Origin: Thermoproteota archaeon | GTDB lineage: Archaea; Korarchaeota; Korarchaeia; Korarchaeales; JAOZGB01 | DNA length: 64,000 nucleotides | Assembly: GCA_037917685.1 (NCBI GenBank) | Contig: JAVCBU010000006.1 | Location: 207,089-271,088, forward strand | Direction: 5' to 3' | Shown: positions 8,077 to 16,324 of the stretch, piece after piece | Layout of the letters: each line of letters opens with the position of its first letter | Numbering within the stretch: position 1 is the stretch's first letter | Translations under genes and position numbers: made by a program | Notes under the pieces: model-generated | Told to the model about the DNA's origin: nothing | Seen by the model: only the letters and a program-made list of their open reading frames with translations | Database searches by the model: none

Positions 8077-8190
8077 GCCGGGGTACTCTAGAGGCAGTCG
8101 CCGGAGAATCCGGTAGGAGGCAGAGATAAGCCTAAGCCTGCTAAGCCTGTGCCCCATCGGGGCTCGTGGGTTCGAATCCCACCCCCGGCG
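8077..8190 (+). tRNA. tRNA-Ser (anticodon GCU), class II, with two non-canonical introns
   Basis: Acceptor GCCGGGG/CCCCGGC, T arm GTGGG-TTCGAAT-CCCAC, variable arm TGCCCCATCGGGGCTC, anticodon arm CAG..GC-CTGCTAA-GCCTG. 114 nt versus 85 nt mature. Introns 8092..8108 (D loop, 17 nt) and 8124..8135 (between 29/30, 12 nt), each framed by a BHB-like fold. Confidence 0.8.
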
Positions 8191-8194
8191 CTAT

Positions 8195-8278
8195 GGGCCG
8201 GTAGTCTAGCGGTATGACACGTGGCATAAGGCTGCCCTTACGAGGCAGAGGTCGAGGGTTCGACTCCCTCCCGGCCCA
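8195..8278 (+). tRNA. tRNA-Val (anticodon UAC) with one non-canonical intron
   Basis: Acceptor GGGCCGG/CCGGCCC, anticodon arm CTGCC-CTTACGA-GGCAG, T arm GAGGG-TTCGACT-CCCTC. 84 nt versus 72 nt mature. Intron 8219..8230 lies between positions 25/26 with a full BHB fold (GCGG/CTGC, TATG/CATA, bulges ACA and AGG). Only 4 nt downstream of tRNA-Ser. Confidence 0.8.
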
Positions 8279-8354
8279 TTTCATAATAGACCATTCAGCT
8301 GCTTGCCCAGGAATCCATTAGATAGAATCTATCGTAACTAAATATGATAGAAAT

Positions 8355-8673
8355 GGGCGGCTGGGCTTCCCCGAGGTGGATGCCCCTAGGCATGCCCGTA
8401 GGTAGGGGGACTCCTCAGCCTCGTTGCTCAGGAGCACCTAGCGTCCAGCTTACGGCTGCTCTCTTCCGAGCCTGGCCGGTTTCGCTGGCAAGGGGGTCGG
8501 GGTCCCTTCTCCAAGGGAACGCCCCCTCCGCCGGCCCCCTGAGGCGAAGCTTCATCAGATTCCACTCCAACCCCGTGACATGCTTCGGAGCACCGCCCTC
8601 GGGGATTACTGGCCCCGGCTTTAGCCTTCCGGAAGTAGGAGGCGGCTACCCTCCCAGCCCTACCCCAGCCGCC
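8355..8673 (-). ncRNA. ffs: signal recognition particle RNA (7S/SRP RNA)
   Basis: About 319 nt, GC-rich, with complementary ends (GGCGGCTGGG...CCCAGCCGCCC). On the minus strand, GGCCAGGCTCGGAAGAGAGCAGCC matches the universal helix-8 motif with a GGAA tetraloop. CCCTTGGAGAAGGG gives a helix-6-like GGAG tetraloop. A TATA box is centred about 26 nt upstream. Confidence 0.85.
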
Positions 8674-8694
8674 ATATTTTAAACACACCTCATC

Positions 8695-8702
8695 TTATAT
8701 AA
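8695..8702. promoter_or_regulatory. palindromic TATA box TTATATAA, positioned for the SRP RNA promoter
   Basis: Its centre lies about 26 nt from the predicted SRP RNA 5' end (8673). The sequence reads the same on both strands. Confidence 0.45.
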
Positions 8703-8771
8703 TGGTTGCCTTAGTCAAAGATTTTAATAGTGGCTGAGGTATTATTTTGCTAAATAAGGAGGGAAAGAGCT

Positions 8772-9242
8772 TTGCCGCCAAACTTTGGATATTCATACAA
8801 TGAAGTTAAAGAGAACCAAGTGAGAGTTAGCCTTAGAGATGTGAGAGTTTCATTTAAGGACTCAGTAGAAGTCTGTAGAGTTATCAGGGGAATGAAGATA
8901 GATGATGCAAGGACCTTTTTGAAAAACGTGATAGACGGGAAAAGAGCGGTCCCATTCAAACGTTATAAGAAACACGTCGGTCACAGAAAGGGTTTACAGG
9001 GGTGGCCCGCTGGTAGATACCCGAAAAAGATCGCCAGTAAAATCCTGGAACTCCTCGACCATGGAGAAGCCATGGCTGAAGATAAAGGGTTAGACATAGA
9101 ATCCCTGTATATAGTTCACCTTGCTGCACAACAGGGTCCTAAGCTTAGAAGGTATTTCCCACGTGCTTACGGAAGGGCCACACCAAAAATAGAGCAGCTA
9201 GTCCACTTTGAACTAGTTTTGGAGGAGAGGGTACATGAGTGA
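8772..9242 (+). CDS. rpl22: 50S ribosomal protein uL22
   Basis: 156 aa, TTG start preceded by AGGAGGG. Archaeal L22 pattern (VRVSFKDSVEVCRVIRGMKIDDARTFL). Confidence 0.92.
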   Translation: MPPNFGYSYNEVKENQVRVSLRDVRVSFKDSVEVCRVIRGMKIDDARTFLKNVIDGKRAVPFKRYKKHVGHRKGLQGWPAGRYPKKIASKILELLDHGEAMAEDKGLDIESLYIVHLAAQQGPKLRRYFPRAYGRATPKIEQLVHFELVLEERVHE

Positions 9243-9894
9243 AAAGAGGCAACCCATACATAGACAGATCGTGGCTGAACAGCTTAAAAAAGCAGAGTTA
9301 GACGAGTTTCTAAAGAGGGAGTTAGAAGACTCAGGATTTGATCATGTCGAAGTAATATCGTCCGCCGTCAAAGAAAGAATACTAGTGTTTGCAGAAAGAC
9401 CGGGAGTTGTCATCGGGCGTCATGGGAGAACCTCTAAAAGGCTTGCTGAACTTATCTCAAAAAGATTTTCAATGGAAAACCCATATGTAGAAGCCATCTC
9501 TGTTAAGAACTCATATTTAAGTTCAAGAATCGTGGCTAACAAGATAAAAAGGAGAATACTCTTGGGTTATAATCCAAGACGGGTTGGTTATTTCACCATG
9601 CGAAATGTTATGGACGCAGGGGCTCTAGGTGTGGAAATAATTATAAGCGGAAAATTTGGTGGAGAAAGAGCTAGAAGCCTTAGGTTCAGAGACGGAGTAA
9701 TGATGAAAACAGGAACTACAACGACTCAGTATGTAAGTGAAGCTGTGGAACATGTTCTTCTAAAACAAGGTATGATGGGCGTGAAAGTTAGAATATTACT
9801 TCCGGAAATAAGAAAGCCGGATGAGCTAAGAATTAGAGAAAATAAAGCCAAAGAATTGTTAAAGGAACAGGTGAGAGAACTTGCCGCTAGTTAG
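9235..9894 (+). CDS. rps3: 30S ribosomal protein uS3
   Basis: 219 aa with a KH domain (GVVIGRHGRTSKRL). Conserved position after uL22. Confidence 0.93.
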   Translation: MSEKRQPIHRQIVAEQLKKAELDEFLKRELEDSGFDHVEVISSAVKERILVFAERPGVVIGRHGRTSKRLAELISKRFSMENPYVEAISVKNSYLSSRIVANKIKRRILLGYNPRRVGYFTMRNVMDAGALGVEIIISGKFGGERARSLRFRDGVMMKTGTTTTQYVSEAVEHVLLKQGMMGVKVRILLPEIRKPDELRIRENKAKELLKEQVRELAAS

Positions 9895-10105
9895 ACTGTC
9901 AGAATTAAGGGAAATGGATAGGAAATCGCTTGAGGATAAACTGTTGGAGCTTAAAAGGGAACTGTTTAGGGTAAGAGTCCAGAAAGCTGTTTCTGGACAA
10001 CTAGACAATCCTTCTGTCGAAAGAGAGCTCAGAAAATCCATAGCGAGAGTTCTAACAGTAATGAGGGAAAGGGGATACATAAAACCTAGAGGAAGGTTAA
10101 GATGA
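9881..10105 (+). CDS. rpl29: 50S ribosomal protein uL29
   Basis: 74 aa. Pattern LRVRVQKAVSGQLDNP. Operon position. Confidence 0.9.
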   Translation: MPLVRLSELREMDRKSLEDKLLELKRELFRVRVQKAVSGQLDNPSVERELRKSIARVLTVMRERGYIKPRGRLR

Positions 10106-10374
10106 AAATAACGAGGAGGAATATATTGAAGCACGAGCTGATAGGATTACATGTTAAAGTGGTTAACTCTCCTGACCCATCCCAAACAGGTATAAAGGGG
10201 GCCGTTATAGACGAGACCAAAAATCTTTTAGTGATTAGAACGGAAAAAGGTTTGAAGAAAATAGAAAAGAAGTATAGAACTTTTGAATTTAAGCTACCGA
10301 GCGGTGAGCGAGTTCAAGTTGATGGTAATAAAATAGTTCTGAGACCCGAAGACAGGGTGAAAACATGGCCGTGA
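10102..10374 (+). CDS. rnp1: RNase P protein component 1 (Rpp29/Pop4 homologue)
   Basis: 90 aa. Pattern LIGLHVKVVNSPDPSQTGIKGAVIDETKNLLVI. Canonical archaeal position between rpl29 and rps17. Confidence 0.85.
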   Translation: MKITRRNILKHELIGLHVKVVNSPDPSQTGIKGAVIDETKNLLVIRTEKGLKKIEKKYRTFEFKLPSGERVQVDGNKIVLRPEDRVKTWP

Positions 10375-10700
10375 AAGATATGTTTAAGGATGTAGAAAAG
10401 CCTGGAGGCACCTGTACAGATAAAAACTGTCCGTATCACGGTAGCATTAAAGTGAGAGGTAGGGTAAGAGTAGGAAAAGTAGTTTCAGCAAAGATGACTG
10501 GTACTTGTACTGTTCAAATAGACTACCTAAAGTATATTCCTAAGTATAGGAGGTACATGAGAGCAAGATCTAAAATTCATGCGCACATACCTGCTTGTAT
10601 AAATATAAAGGAGGGTGATATTGTTAAAATAGGAGAGTGTAGGAGGCTTGCAAAGACTGTCAGCCACGTAGTTTTAGGAAAGGTGATCAGGTATGGCTAG
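10365..10700 (+). CDS. rps17: 30S ribosomal protein uS17
   Basis: 111 aa. Operon position and S17 OB-fold pattern. Confidence 0.9.
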   Translation: MAVKDMFKDVEKPGGTCTDKNCPYHGSIKVRGRVRVGKVVSAKMTGTCTVQIDYLKYIPKYRRYMRARSKIHAHIPACINIKEGDIVKIGECRRLAKTVSHVVLGKVIRYG

Positions 10701-11118
10701 AGCTTTAAGGAAAAGGAAAAAGATAGGGCCTCGGAGAAGAATAGCACGGGGACTACCGGTAGGGGCTAAAATAAAGTGCAGTGATAATTCCGGAGCGAAA
10801 GTCCTTCAAATAATCGGTGTTAAAGGATATAGGGGGCCTAAAAACAGGCTACCTTCAGCTAGCGTTGGGGATCTAGTTATTGTAGCCGTTAAAGAAGGTA
10901 AACCAGATCTTGTACACACAGTTCAACGGGCTGTCATAATAAGGCAGAGGGCGCCATTTAGGAGAAAGAACGGTGAGGTAATAATGTTCGAAGATAACGC
11001 AGCTGTCTTAATAAAACCTGATAACTCTCCTAGAGGCACGGAGATCAAGGGTCCTGTAGCAAGGGAGGCTATCGAAAGGTTTCCAGCTCTTTCAGGTGTA
11101 GCTTCAATGGTGGTTTAG
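10693..11118 (+). CDS. rpl14: 50S ribosomal protein uL14
   Basis: 141 aa. Pattern KCSDNSGAKVLQIIGV. Confidence 0.93.
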   Translation: MARALRKRKKIGPRRRIARGLPVGAKIKCSDNSGAKVLQIIGVKGYRGPKNRLPSASVGDLVIVAVKEGKPDLVHTVQRAVIIRQRAPFRRKNGEVIMFEDNAAVLIKPDNSPRGTEIKGPVAREAIERFPALSGVASMVV

Positions 11119-11119
11119 A

Positions 11120-11488
11120 ATGGCGAGACCTCGCTCCTCGAAGCCTGGAAAACAGAGGAAATACGAAGCCACAGCCCCCCTTCACGAGAGAAGGAAATTT
11201 TTAACCGCCCCCCTGTCCCCTGGCCTTCAGGAAAAATATGGTGTTAAAAGGCTGCCGGTGAGGAAAGGAGACAAGGTGTTGATTGTTAGGGGAGACTATA
11301 TGGCGAGCGAAGGGAAAATAGTTAGAGTAGACTATAAGAAAATAAGAATCTATATAGAAAATGTTACAAGGAAGAAAGCTGATGGAACAGAAATCCACGT
11401 GCCGATACACCCCTCTAAAGTTATGATAACAGAACTCAAACTAGGGGATTCCCCAAGAGAGAAGATAATAGAAAGGAGGAGAGGTTAA
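11120..11488 (+). CDS. rpl24: 50S ribosomal protein uL24
   Basis: 122 aa. KOW motif (VRKGDKVLIVRGDYMASEGKIVRV). Confidence 0.92.
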   Translation: MARPRSSKPGKQRKYEATAPLHERRKFLTAPLSPGLQEKYGVKRLPVRKGDKVLIVRGDYMASEGKIVRVDYKKIRIYIENVTRKKADGTEIHVPIHPSKVMITELKLGDSPREKIIERRRG

Positions 11489-11489
11489 T

Positions 11490-12194
11490 ATGGTCCATAT
11501 GGGTGGATCTAAGCATCTCAAAAGATTTGCAGCCCCGGGGGTATGGCCAATACCGGTAAAAAGATACACATGGGCAATAAAACCTTTACCGGGACCTCAC
11601 CAGACTGGCCTGTGTATACCTTTAGGGATGGTTTTGAGAGACATACTTAAATTTGGGGAGACCTTAAGAGAGGTTAAATTCATCCTAAATAGTGGATATA
11701 TAAGAGTAGACGGGATCGTTAGAAGAGAATACAAGTTTCCAGTAGGGATGATGGATGTTATCTCTGTACTGAAGTTGAACAAACATTACAGGATTGTTCC
11801 CTCAAGCGGAGGGATGAAGCTTATCGAGATCCCAGTCGAGGACGCAGATAAGAAAATAGTGAAGGTAACCCGCAAAAAAACTACTAAAGGAGGGAAAATC
11901 CAGTTAGGGACGAATGATGGAAGATCTATCCTCTTAGATGAGACTCAAGAGATAAAAAGAGGAGATTCCCTCTTAATAAGGATTCCGGAACAGGAGATAC
12001 TGGAACATCTTCCCTTAGCCGAAGGCAATGTTGCAGTATTTTATAGGGGGAAAAACGCTGGGACAGTAGGAGAAATAGTCGAAGTATCAGATCTGGTAAA
12101 GATCTCATGCGATGGTCAGATTTATAGTGGATTGAGAGACTATATTATGGTAGTGGGAAGAGATAAACCTCTAATTAAAGTTGACGGTGCCTGA
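11490..12194 (+). CDS. rps4e: 30S ribosomal protein eS4
   Basis: 234 aa. Starts HLKRFAAPGVWPI, typical of S4e. Confidence 0.92.
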   Translation: MVHMGGSKHLKRFAAPGVWPIPVKRYTWAIKPLPGPHQTGLCIPLGMVLRDILKFGETLREVKFILNSGYIRVDGIVRREYKFPVGMMDVISVLKLNKHYRIVPSSGGMKLIEIPVEDADKKIVKVTRKKTTKGGKIQLGTNDGRSILLDETQEIKRGDSLLIRIPEQEILEHLPLAEGNVAVFYRGKNAGTVGEIVEVSDLVKISCDGQIYSGLRDYIMVVGRDKPLIKVDGA

Positions 12195-12196
12195 AC

Positions 12197-12739
12197 ATGA
12201 GCTACAGAGATGAAGTGATTAAAGACTGGAAGAATAATCCGATGAGAAAGCCTAGAATAGCATCGGTATGCCTTAATATCTGTGTCGGGACAAGTGGGGA
12301 GCCTCTAGAAAAAGCCGTGCGGATACTAGAGACTCTAACTGGTCAGAAACCATCGAGAAGGAAAGCTAAAAGGACTATTAGAAGCTTCGGGATACATAAG
12401 GGAGAGGCAATAGCATGTATAGTTACCGTAAGGGGTAAAAAAGCCTATGAAATTCTAGATAGGGTATCCCAGGCTGTTAACAAGGAAATTCGCAAGAGTT
12501 CATTTGACAAAAACGGAAACTTCGGTTTTGGCATTGAAGAACACATAGATATACCTGGGATGAAATATGACCCTGACATTGGGATTTATGGCATGAACGT
12601 CTACGTTACGCTCGAAAGGCCCGGGTATAGAGTTAAAAAAAGGAGAATAAAAAGGCACAAGATCGGTTCTAAACATAGAATTACCAGAGAGGAGGCTATT
12701 ATATTCGCAGAGGAGATTCTCGGGTTTAAAGTTAGATAG
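12197..12739 (+). CDS. rpl5: 50S ribosomal protein uL5
   Basis: 180 aa. Pattern [18 protein letters not shown]. Confidence 0.92.
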   Translation: MSYRDEVIKDWKNNPMRKPRIASVCLNICVGTSGEPLEKAVRILETLTGQKPSRRKAKRTIRSFGIHKGEAIACIVTVRGKKAYEILDRVSQAVNKEIRKSSFDKNGNFGFGIEEHIDIPGMKYDPDIGIYGMNVYVTLERPGYRVKKRRIKRHKIGSKHRITREEAIIFAEEILGFKVR

Positions 12740-12749
12740 GTGTAGAGAT

Positions 12750-12896
12750 ATGGAGAGGAAAAAGGGGAAAGGGGCATACCGTTGCAGAAGATGCGGAAGA
12801 GTAGGATATGGCATCATTAGAAAGTACGACCTGTACCTATGCAGATCATGCTTCAGAGAAATCGCGGAAAAAATGGGATGGAAAAAGTACTATTAG
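12750..12896 (+). CDS. rps14: 30S ribosomal protein uS14 (zinc-binding type)
   Basis: Not in the ORF track (48 aa). Own translation: [48 protein letters not shown], with CxxC...CxxC. Expected position between uL5 and uS8. Confidence 0.9.
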   Translation: MERKKGKGAYRCRRCGRVGYGIIRKYDLYLCRSCFREIAEKMGWKKYY

Positions 12897-13298
12897 GTGG
12901 ATGAAATGACAAAACCTGATGTTTTAGCACATGGGCTGATGACTATAGAAATGAACTCCAAACTTAGGAAAAGAAAGTGTGTCATAAACATGACCTCAAA
13001 ACTTCTCGGAAATGTACTCAGCATACTCCAAAGAGAAGGATATATCGGCCAATTTGAATACATTGACGATGGAAGATTTGGAAAATATGTAGTAGAACTG
13101 TTAGGAAAGATCACTAGATGTAGGGCAATAAAGCCCAGATTCAACATAAAACATACCGAAATAGAGGAATACGAACAGCACTATTTACCTGGTAAGGACA
13201 TAGGGGTACTCGTCCTAACTACTAGCAAAGGCTTGCTAACCAGTAAAGAAGCTAAAAAAATGAGAATCGGGGGTGCACTAATAGCATATTGTTACTAG
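12897..13298 (+). CDS. rps8: 30S ribosomal protein uS8
   Basis: 133 aa. Pattern LSILQREGYIGQFEYIDDGR. Alternative ATG start at 12906. Confidence 0.92.
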   Translation: MDEMTKPDVLAHGLMTIEMNSKLRKRKCVINMTSKLLGNVLSILQREGYIGQFEYIDDGRFGKYVVELLGKITRCRAIKPRFNIKHTEIEEYEQHYLPGKDIGVLVLTTSKGLLTSKEAKKMRIGGALIAYCY

Positions 13299-13856
13299 GT
13301 GGTACATGTGCCTGTTGAAAGTCTGCCTCCGTTAACAGTTTCCATCCCGGAAGGGGTTGAAGTTCGTGTCGAAAAAGATGTTGTGAAAGTAAAAGGACCG
13401 CTTGGAGAACTTTCTAGGTCGTTTAATGGAGGGATCCTCAAAGTGAAGAAGAAAGATAACATGATAGAAATAATACCTAAGGGAGCAAGGAAATTCCATA
13501 AAGCTTATCGCGGAACAATCGCTGCCCATATAAGAAACATGATCACAGGCGTTACTCAAGGCTTTAAGAGAAAAATGATCATAGTATACTCTCACTTCCC
13601 CATGAAAATAGAGATTGATAAGGATAGAGGTCTAATTCTTATAAATAACTTCCTTGGCGAGAGAGCACCGAGGGTAGCAAAGATCGTGGGAAATGTCAAA
13701 GTATACATGGAAGGAGACGATAAAATTGTAATTGAAGGTATCAACATAGAGGAAGTTGGACAAACAGCTGCGAATATAAGGCAGGCAACCAAGATTAAAA
13801 AGAAAGATCCAAGAGTTTTCCAAGACGGAATATATCACTATAAAGAGGAGGTGTAA
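13299..13856 (+). CDS. rpl6: 50S ribosomal protein uL6
   Basis: 185 aa. Operon position and L6 two-domain pattern. Confidence 0.92.
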   Translation: MVHVPVESLPPLTVSIPEGVEVRVEKDVVKVKGPLGELSRSFNGGILKVKKKDNMIEIIPKGARKFHKAYRGTIAAHIRNMITGVTQGFKRKMIIVYSHFPMKIEIDKDRGLILINNFLGERAPRVAKIVGNVKVYMEGDDKIVIEGINIEEVGQTAANIRQATKIKKKDPRVFQDGIYHYKEEV

Positions 13857-13858
13857 GT

Positions 13859-14227
13859 TTGAAGAAGAAAAAATTCATCAGGATCGGGGTAAAACCCAAT
13901 AAAATGTACAGGTGGAGAAGACCTAGAGGAATCGACAACAAACAGAGGTTAAAGCTAAAGTCTAGGCCACCCATGCCTGAAATAGGTTATGGGAAACAAA
14001 AGTCTATTAAAGGACTACACCCTTCAGGCTTAAAACCTGTTTTGGTATACAATGCTAAAATGCTTGAAAATATAGATAGGGATAAAGTTATAGCGATTGT
14101 AGGGAGAACAGTCGGAAAAAGAAAAAGACTCGAAATAGCAAAGAAAGCAGCTGAGTTAGGAGTCAAGATAGCTAATCTGGGTGAGTTAATTGACCAATCT
14201 AAGTTATCAGAGGAGGCTAGCAGCTAA
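13859..14227 (+). CDS. rpl32e: 50S ribosomal protein eL32
   Basis: 122 aa. Pattern RWRRPRGIDNKQR. Confidence 0.9.
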   Translation: MKKKKFIRIGVKPNKMYRWRRPRGIDNKQRLKLKSRPPMPEIGYGKQKSIKGLHPSGLKPVLVYNAKMLENIDRDKVIAIVGRTVGKRKRLEIAKKAAELGVKIANLGELIDQSKLSEEASS

Positions 14228-14633
14228 AGTCCTAAAATGTGGGAAAGACAGGGTATACTTCGACCCGGAAAACCTCGAGAGAATCGAGATGGCGGTGACA
14301 AGAGAGGATATTAAAAGGCTCGTTCATGATGGCATTATTAAGAGAAAACCAGTTAAAGGCGTAAGTAGGGCGAGAGTCCGGGCAAAATCGAAAAAACGTC
14401 GGGGGCCAGGTAGCTTTAAAGGAACATTCAATGCCAGATATCCCAAGAAGAGGAGGTGGATAAACAGAATTCGGCCGCTTAGAAAGCTACTAAGGCATCT
14501 TAGAGACTCTAAGAGGATAGACAGACATACATACAGATTCCTCTATAATAGGCTACACCTGTTTAGGAGCAGGTCTCATCTGCTAAAACATCTTAAACAT
14601 GAAAAACTACTTAAAGGTGAAGAACTTGTCTAA
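14190..14633 (+). CDS. rpl19e: 50S ribosomal protein eL19
   Basis: 147 aa. Pattern QRRLAAKVLKCGKDRVYFDPE. Confidence 0.9.
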   Translation: MTNLSYQRRLAAKVLKCGKDRVYFDPENLERIEMAVTREDIKRLVHDGIIKRKPVKGVSRARVRAKSKKRRGPGSFKGTFNARYPKKRRWINRIRPLRKLLRHLRDSKRIDRHTYRFLYNRLHLFRSRSHLLKHLKHEKLLKGEELV

Positions 14634-15219
14634 GCAAAGCAGGTACAAAGTCAGATTTCGCAGGAGAAGAGAAGGTAAAACAGACTATAGAAGGAGACTA
14701 AGGCTGCTTCTTAGCGGGAAAACCAGATTCGTGGCGAGGAAAACTAACAGGTATATTACTGTTCAGTTTATTGACTACTCCGAGAAAGGGGACATAACCA
14801 GGGTATGCGTAAGTTCACATGTTTTAAGGAAGAAGTATAACTGGTACTACTCTTTGAAGAACTTGCCAGCCGCTTATATCACGGGTTACATAGCGGGTAA
14901 AAAAGCCCTTAAGAAAGGAATATCGGAAGCCATAGTAGATATTGGTCTTCAAGCGTCTACAAGGGGAAATAGAATCTATGCGGCTGTTAAAGGCGCCATT
15001 GATGCTGGTGTAAAGATTAAATGTGGAGAAGAAGTTCTTCCACCCATGGAGAGGATTTCAGGGGCCCATATAGCCAGTTATGCTAAACTCCTTAAAGAGA
15101 AGAATCCTGACCTATATAATGAAAGGTTTTCTAATGTAATATCTCAAGGTAAAGATCCAGCAGATATAGTTTCTGAATTTAATAAGCTTATTGAAAAAGT
15201 TAAATCGGATTACGGGTGA
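14599..15219 (+). CDS. rpl18: 50S ribosomal protein uL18
   Basis: Pattern RYKVRFRRRREGKTDYRRR. The real start is probably GTG/TTG near 14617-14626, after the eL19 stop region. Confidence 0.9.
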   Translation: MKNYLKVKNLSKQSRYKVRFRRRREGKTDYRRRLRLLLSGKTRFVARKTNRYITVQFIDYSEKGDITRVCVSSHVLRKKYNWYYSLKNLPAAYITGYIAGKKALKKGISEAIVDIGLQASTRGNRIYAAVKGAIDAGVKIKCGEEVLPPMERISGAHIASYAKLLKEKNPDLYNERFSNVISQGKDPADIVSEFNKLIEKVKSDYG

Positions 15220-15830
15220 AAATCTTGGAGGAATGGTCACCGAGGACGAGAATAGGGAAGATGGTAAGCGAGGGAGTAATAAAAGATATAGACGAGCTAC
15301 TATCTCTTGGTGTTCCGATTAAAGAGGTTGAAATAATAGATGTCTTACTACCAAATTTGGAGGAAGAACTTGTATGCGTTAATACGGTGCAAAAACAAAC
15401 TGATGCAGGAGAAGTTAGTAGTTTAAGAGTTGTTGTGGCAGTGGGAGACAGAAATGGACATTTAGGTGTGGCTAAGGGTAAGGGCAAAACCTTTAGAGTG
15501 GCGATTCGAAATGCCATAAAACAGGCGAAGCTAAATATAGTAAAGGTAGTGAGGGGTTGTGGCTCATGGCAGTGTGGGTGTGGAAGAAACCATTCTATAC
15601 CATATAAGACGAGTGGATCCTCCGGTTCTGTTAGAGTAACGATTTACCCTGCTCCCAGAGGCACGGGTCTAGTGGCTAATGAAACTGGAAGGATATTACT
15701 CTCCCTTGCCGGAATCGAAGATGTATGGGTTTTCTCCAAGGGTAACACTGGCAATAGAATGAACTATGCATACGCCATTTACAAGGCTTTAGCTAACCTC
15801 ACAACAAAACCTATCTACACTCGTGGGTGA
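15216..15830 (+). CDS. rps5: 30S ribosomal protein uS5
   Basis: 204 aa. Operon position and S5 dsRBD-like pattern. Confidence 0.92.
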   Translation: MKILEEWSPRTRIGKMVSEGVIKDIDELLSLGVPIKEVEIIDVLLPNLEEELVCVNTVQKQTDAGEVSSLRVVVAVGDRNGHLGVAKGKGKTFRVAIRNAIKQAKLNIVKVVRGCGSWQCGCGRNHSIPYKTSGSSGSVRVTIYPAPRGTGLVANETGRILLSLAGIEDVWVFSKGNTGNRMNYAYAIYKALANLTTKPIYTRG

Positions 15831-16324
15831 TGAAGTTGTCTCTAGATCCTGATGGAAGGCTTATGGCTGTAATTAGAATTAAAGGTAGGATAGGTCTAAA
15901 GCCTAAAGTAAGAAAAACATTAGAACTCCTCAGGCTTAAGAGAAAGTTTTATGCCACAGTAGTACCATATATGCCTGAAATTAGGGGAATGTTACAAGTA
16001 GCTAAAGATGCTATAACGTTTGGCGAGATAGATAAAGAAACATTAAAACTTCTCTTAGGAAAGCGTGGGAGGACGTATGGAGATAAGAAAGTAGACTGGG
16101 AGGAAATGATTAAAAACTTAAACATGCAGTCTATGGACGAGCTATGTGAGGCACTTCTATCAGGGAAGATCAGGATAAAGGATATACCCGGGCTTAAACC
16201 CTATTTTAGGCTTACACCACCTTCTGGAGGATTTAAGGGGAGCACCAAGAAATCTTTTAAAGAAGGAGGGGAAACCGGATATAGAGGCCAAGAAATAAAC
16301 AAGCTGCTAAGGAGGATGGTCTAA
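15827..16324 (+). CDS. rpl30: 50S ribosomal protein uL30
   Basis: 165 aa. Pattern AVIRIKGRIGLKPKVRKTLELLRL. Confidence 0.9.
   Translation: MMKLSLDPDGRLMAVIRIKGRIGLKPKVRKTLELLRLKRKFYATVVPYMPEIRGMLQVAKDAITFGEIDKETLKLLLGKRGRTYGDKKVDWEEMIKNLNMQSMDELCEALLSGKIRIKDIPGLKPYFRLTPPSGGFKGSTKKSFKEGGETGYRGQEINKLLRRMV

Noticed and set aside
8127-8148. The triple TAAGCCT repeat as a tandem-repeat or regulatory element.
   Set aside because: It is explained by tRNA-Ser structure. The intron GCCT and the 3' anticodon-stem GCCTG both pair with the same upstream AGGC/CAGGC bases.
8355-8673. Interpretation of the GC-rich RNA as plus-strand RNase P RNA (an AGCTTACGG-like stretch caught my eye).
   Set aside because: There is no GAGGAAAGTCC-type CR-I motif on either strand. 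The minus strand carries the diagnostic SRP helix-8 and helix-6 motifs and paired termini.
8344-8688. Track ORFs 8344..8682 (+, 112 aa) and 8428..8688 (-, 86 aa) as protein-coding genes.
   Set aside because: Both lie entirely within the GC-rich SRP RNA gene and have Gly/Pro/Arg/Ala-rich low-complexity translations. They overlap each other on opposite strands, so they are artefacts of RNA-gene base composition.
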